From assembly GCA_963743775.1 (NCBI GenBank), contig CAVURA010000012.1:100340-164339 (forward strand): a DNA stretch of 64,000 nt, in the 5' to 3' direction. The DNA is from an uncultured Bacteroidales bacterium (GTDB lineage: Bacteria > Bacteroidota > Bacteroidia > Bacteroidales > VadinHA17). A program made the position numbers and the translations under genes. The notes under the pieces were generated by a model. It did no database searches and was not told the origin of the DNA. It saw only the letters and a program-made list of their open reading frames with translations. Below, in pieces: positions 61,792-64,000 of this stretch (position 1 is its first letter; each line of letters starts with the position of its first letter).

Positions 61792-62868
61792 ATGAGTAAC
61801 AAAGGATTAAATCTTGAGCCCGGTGTCATCTCCGGAGAAGATGTAAAGAAGCTGTTTGATTATGCAAACAAGAATGATTTTGCCATTCCTGCAGTGAATG
61901 TTATCGGGACAGATTCCGTGAATGCTGTTCTTGAGACGGCGCGGGAGGTGAATTCGCCCGTGATAGTTCAGTTTTCAAACGGAGGAGCGCATTTCTTTGC
62001 AGGTCAGGGTCTGACGAAAGAGAATCAGACAGGCGCCATCGCCGGCGGAATATCAGGTGCTCTTCATGTACATAACGTTGCAGAGTACTACGGTATCCCG
62101 GTAATACTTCACACTGATCATGCAGCCCGCAAGCTCCTTCCATGGATAGATGCCCTGCTGGATGCCGGCGAGGAGTTTTATGAGACCAACGGCAAGCCGC
62201 TGTTCAGCTCTCATATGCTTGACCTCTCCGAGGAGCCTCTGAAAGAAAACATTGAGACATGCAAGAAATACCTTGAGCGTATGGATAAGCTTGAGATGAC
62301 GCTTGAGATCGAACTTGGTGTTACCGGAGGCGAGGAGGATGGCGTTGATAATACCGGCATTAGCAGCTCAAAACTCTATACGCAGCCCGAGGATGTGGCA
62401 TATGCCTATGAAGAGCTCCTGAAGATCTCGAAAAACTTCACCATTGCTGCTTCATTCGGCAATGTGCACGGCGTTTATAAGCCCGGTAACGTTACCCTGA
62501 AGCCGGAGATACTCAAGAACTCGCAGGACTATATCCAAAAGAAGCACAAGACGGGTCCCAATCCTGTCAATTTTGTGTTTCACGGAGGCTCAGGGTCTGA
62601 GAAGGAAAAGATCACCGAAGCGATTAAATACGGTGCAGTGAAAATGAATCTTGATACCGATATGCAGTGGGCATTCTGGGCAGGTGTCAGGGATTATTAT
62701 GAGGCCAAAAAGGGTTACCTGCAGGGTCAGATCGGAAATCCTGAAGGTGAAGACAAGCCCAATAAAAAGTATTATGACCCGAGGGTATGGCTCCGCAAGG
62801 GTCAGGAAACATTTATTGCAAGGCTCAAGGAAGCCTTCGGAGATCTCAACGCCCTTAACAGGCTTTAA
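61792..62868 (+). CDS. fbaA: Class II fructose-bisphosphate aldolase
   Basis: HTDH, SSHMLDLS, GGEEDG, GNVHG, FHGGSG, KMNLDT; ATG 61792 after TATCTTTG (61744-61751). Confidence 0.96.
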   Translation: MSNKGLNLEPGVISGEDVKKLFDYANKNDFAIPAVNVIGTDSVNAVLETAREVNSPVIVQFSNGGAHFFAGQGLTKENQTGAIAGGISGALHVHNVAEYYGIPVILHTDHAARKLLPWIDALLDAGEEFYETNGKPLFSSHMLDLSEEPLKENIETCKKYLERMDKLEMTLEIELGVTGGEEDGVDNTGISSSKLYTQPEDVAYAYEELLKISKNFTIAASFGNVHGVYKPGNVTLKPEILKNSQDYIQKKHKTGPNPVNFVFHGGSGSEKEKITEAIKYGAVKMNLDTDMQWAFWAGVRDYYEAKKGYLQGQIGNPEGEDKPNKKYYDPRVWLRKGQETFIARLKEAFGDLNALNRL

Positions 62869-63002
62869 TACTTATTAATAGTATAACATCAAGCAGGTCA
62901 GCTCATTATGAACGACCTGCTTTCTGTTGTTAATAAATCACTGTTTCCCATGCCGCTTATACCGTGGCCGGGGGCTATTTTAGTATAAAATTTAAAGCCG
63001 GG

Positions 63003-63245
63003 TTGAAACGCATACATATTACTGAGGAGAAGATTAAAAGAACGACCAACCTGACTCTCAGGCTTAACCAGAGGGAAGCGAGGGCTCTCAACATCTACTG
63101 TCAGCGTTTCAGGGTCAGGAGCAAGGCGGATTTTATGCGTCGCACCATCATGCATGCCATCATAGGCAGGTTTGACAGTGAGCATCCGACGCTGTGGGAA
63201 CAGGGTGAGCTTACTCTGTTTTCGCACGAACCGAAAAATAACTGA
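63003..63245 (+). CDS. Small basic hypothetical protein (ribbon-helix-helix-like)
   Basis: LRLN.RE..AL..YC.RF....K..FMR..I....F...HPTLW; start uncertain (TTG 63003 or GTG 62964). Confidence 0.6.
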   Translation: MKRIHITEEKIKRTTNLTLRLNQREARALNIYCQRFRVRSKADFMRRTIMHAIIGRFDSEHPTLWEQGELTLFSHEPKNN

Positions 63246-63319
63246 TCGTAATCAGCAGCAAACCTAATTTTACTATTTTTGTGGATGCCACATCAGGGGG
63301 ATTTTTTATTGCGGCTAAA

Positions 63320-63703
63320 ATGGGAATGAATATCATTAAGATAGAGCCTACAAAGGTTACGCCTGAAGTATTGTTTCTTGAGGGTCACCTTGAGATCAGG
63401 GGGAGGTCAATACCAGAGAATGCTTCTGATTTTTACCGTCCTCTTGAAGAGTGGGTAACAGAGTATGTGGCCCGCACGGCAATCAGGACGCGTGTGTCTC
63501 TTTCTTTTGATTTCATCAATACGGCATCTACAAAGTGGGTTTATGGTCTCATTAAGAAACTGTCACTTTACGATGATGTTCACAACAGGGTCTCGATAGA
63601 ATGGTTTTATGAAAGGGGAGATGACGAGTTGTACGAGCTTGGCCAGATTATTCACTCATTCATTGACTGTCCGTTTATCTTTTACGAGACAGAGCAATCC
63701 TGA
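63320..63703 (+). CDS. SiaC/DUF1987 family regulatory phosphoprotein
   Basis: T..TP.V, I.GRSIPENA..FY.P, FINTASTK, I.WFY...D; TATTTTTG at 63274-63281 implies start at 63320/63326. Confidence 0.85.
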   Translation: MGMNIIKIEPTKVTPEVLFLEGHLEIRGRSIPENASDFYRPLEEWVTEYVARTAIRTRVSLSFDFINTASTKWVYGLIKKLSLYDDVHNRVSIEWFYERGDDELYELGQIIHSFIDCPFIFYETEQS

Positions 63704-63748
63704 ATTCAAAAAAATATCTACTTTTGCCACGCCTTATCAGGCGCCGAT

Positions 63749-63821
63749 TGACCCATGGTGTAATTGGCAACACGTCTGATTTTGGTTCAGAAGAGTTGGG
63801 GTTCGAACCCCTGTGGGTCAA
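63749..63821 (+). tRNA. tRNA-Gln (TTG)
   Basis: TGACCCA/TGGGTCA acceptor stem, TCTGA-TTTTGGT-TCAGA anticodon arm, GGTTCGAACCC; promoter TACTTTTG at 63719-63726. Confidence 0.95.
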
Positions 63822-63846
63822 CAATGTAGCATCTCAGTATGTTTAT

Positions 63847-63887
63847 AACCGCTTTAAATCAATGATTTTTAGCGGTTTATTTTTTTT
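63847..63887 (+). terminator. Hairpin with T-tract after tRNA-Gln
   Basis: AACCGCT..AAATCAATGATTT..AGCGGTT followed by TATTTTTTTT. Confidence 0.7.
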
Positions 63888-64000
63888 GAGGTACTCATAA
63901 TGTACGTCAGAACTCCTTGAAAGAGGAGTAAAAATCGAGACCCATCTTAAAACAACCCCGGAGGTCTCGCTAAACCCTGTAACAGCCTGTTTATTATGCT

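Overview
Bacteroidota (Bacteroidales-like) chromosomal window, judged by TAnnTTTG promoter elements, a T9SS C-terminal domain and a short ATP synthase epsilon subunit. The backbone carries fabH, a bactofilin-atpZI-atpBEFHAG-(polyprenyl synthase)-atpDC-(aromatic amino acid decarboxylase) operon, ettA, gltBD, tyrS, efp, tsaB, fbaA and two tRNAs. Two accessory blocks stand out. (1) 20.6-26.1 kb is a polysulfide/thiosulfate reductase (PsrABC/PhsABC-like) operon with two YeeE/YedE proteins and a rhodanese whose only cysteine is a C-terminal GGC on a flexible tail. (2) 26.5-37.1 kb, directly after tRNA-Arg(CCT), is an apparently AT-richer lipid cluster: serine palmitoyltransferase, a 3-ketosphinganine-reductase-like SDR, a 1467-aa triple fusion (acyl-adenylation + class III aminotransferase + acyl-ACP/thioester reductase), a BtaA/DUF3419 aminocarboxypropyl transferase, a GNAT acyltransferase and an FtsX/DevC-type ABC exporter. 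Block 2 is the best candidate for an undescribed system, an amino-/sphingolipid pathway. All calls come from motif recognition by eye; no database search or GC computation was run.
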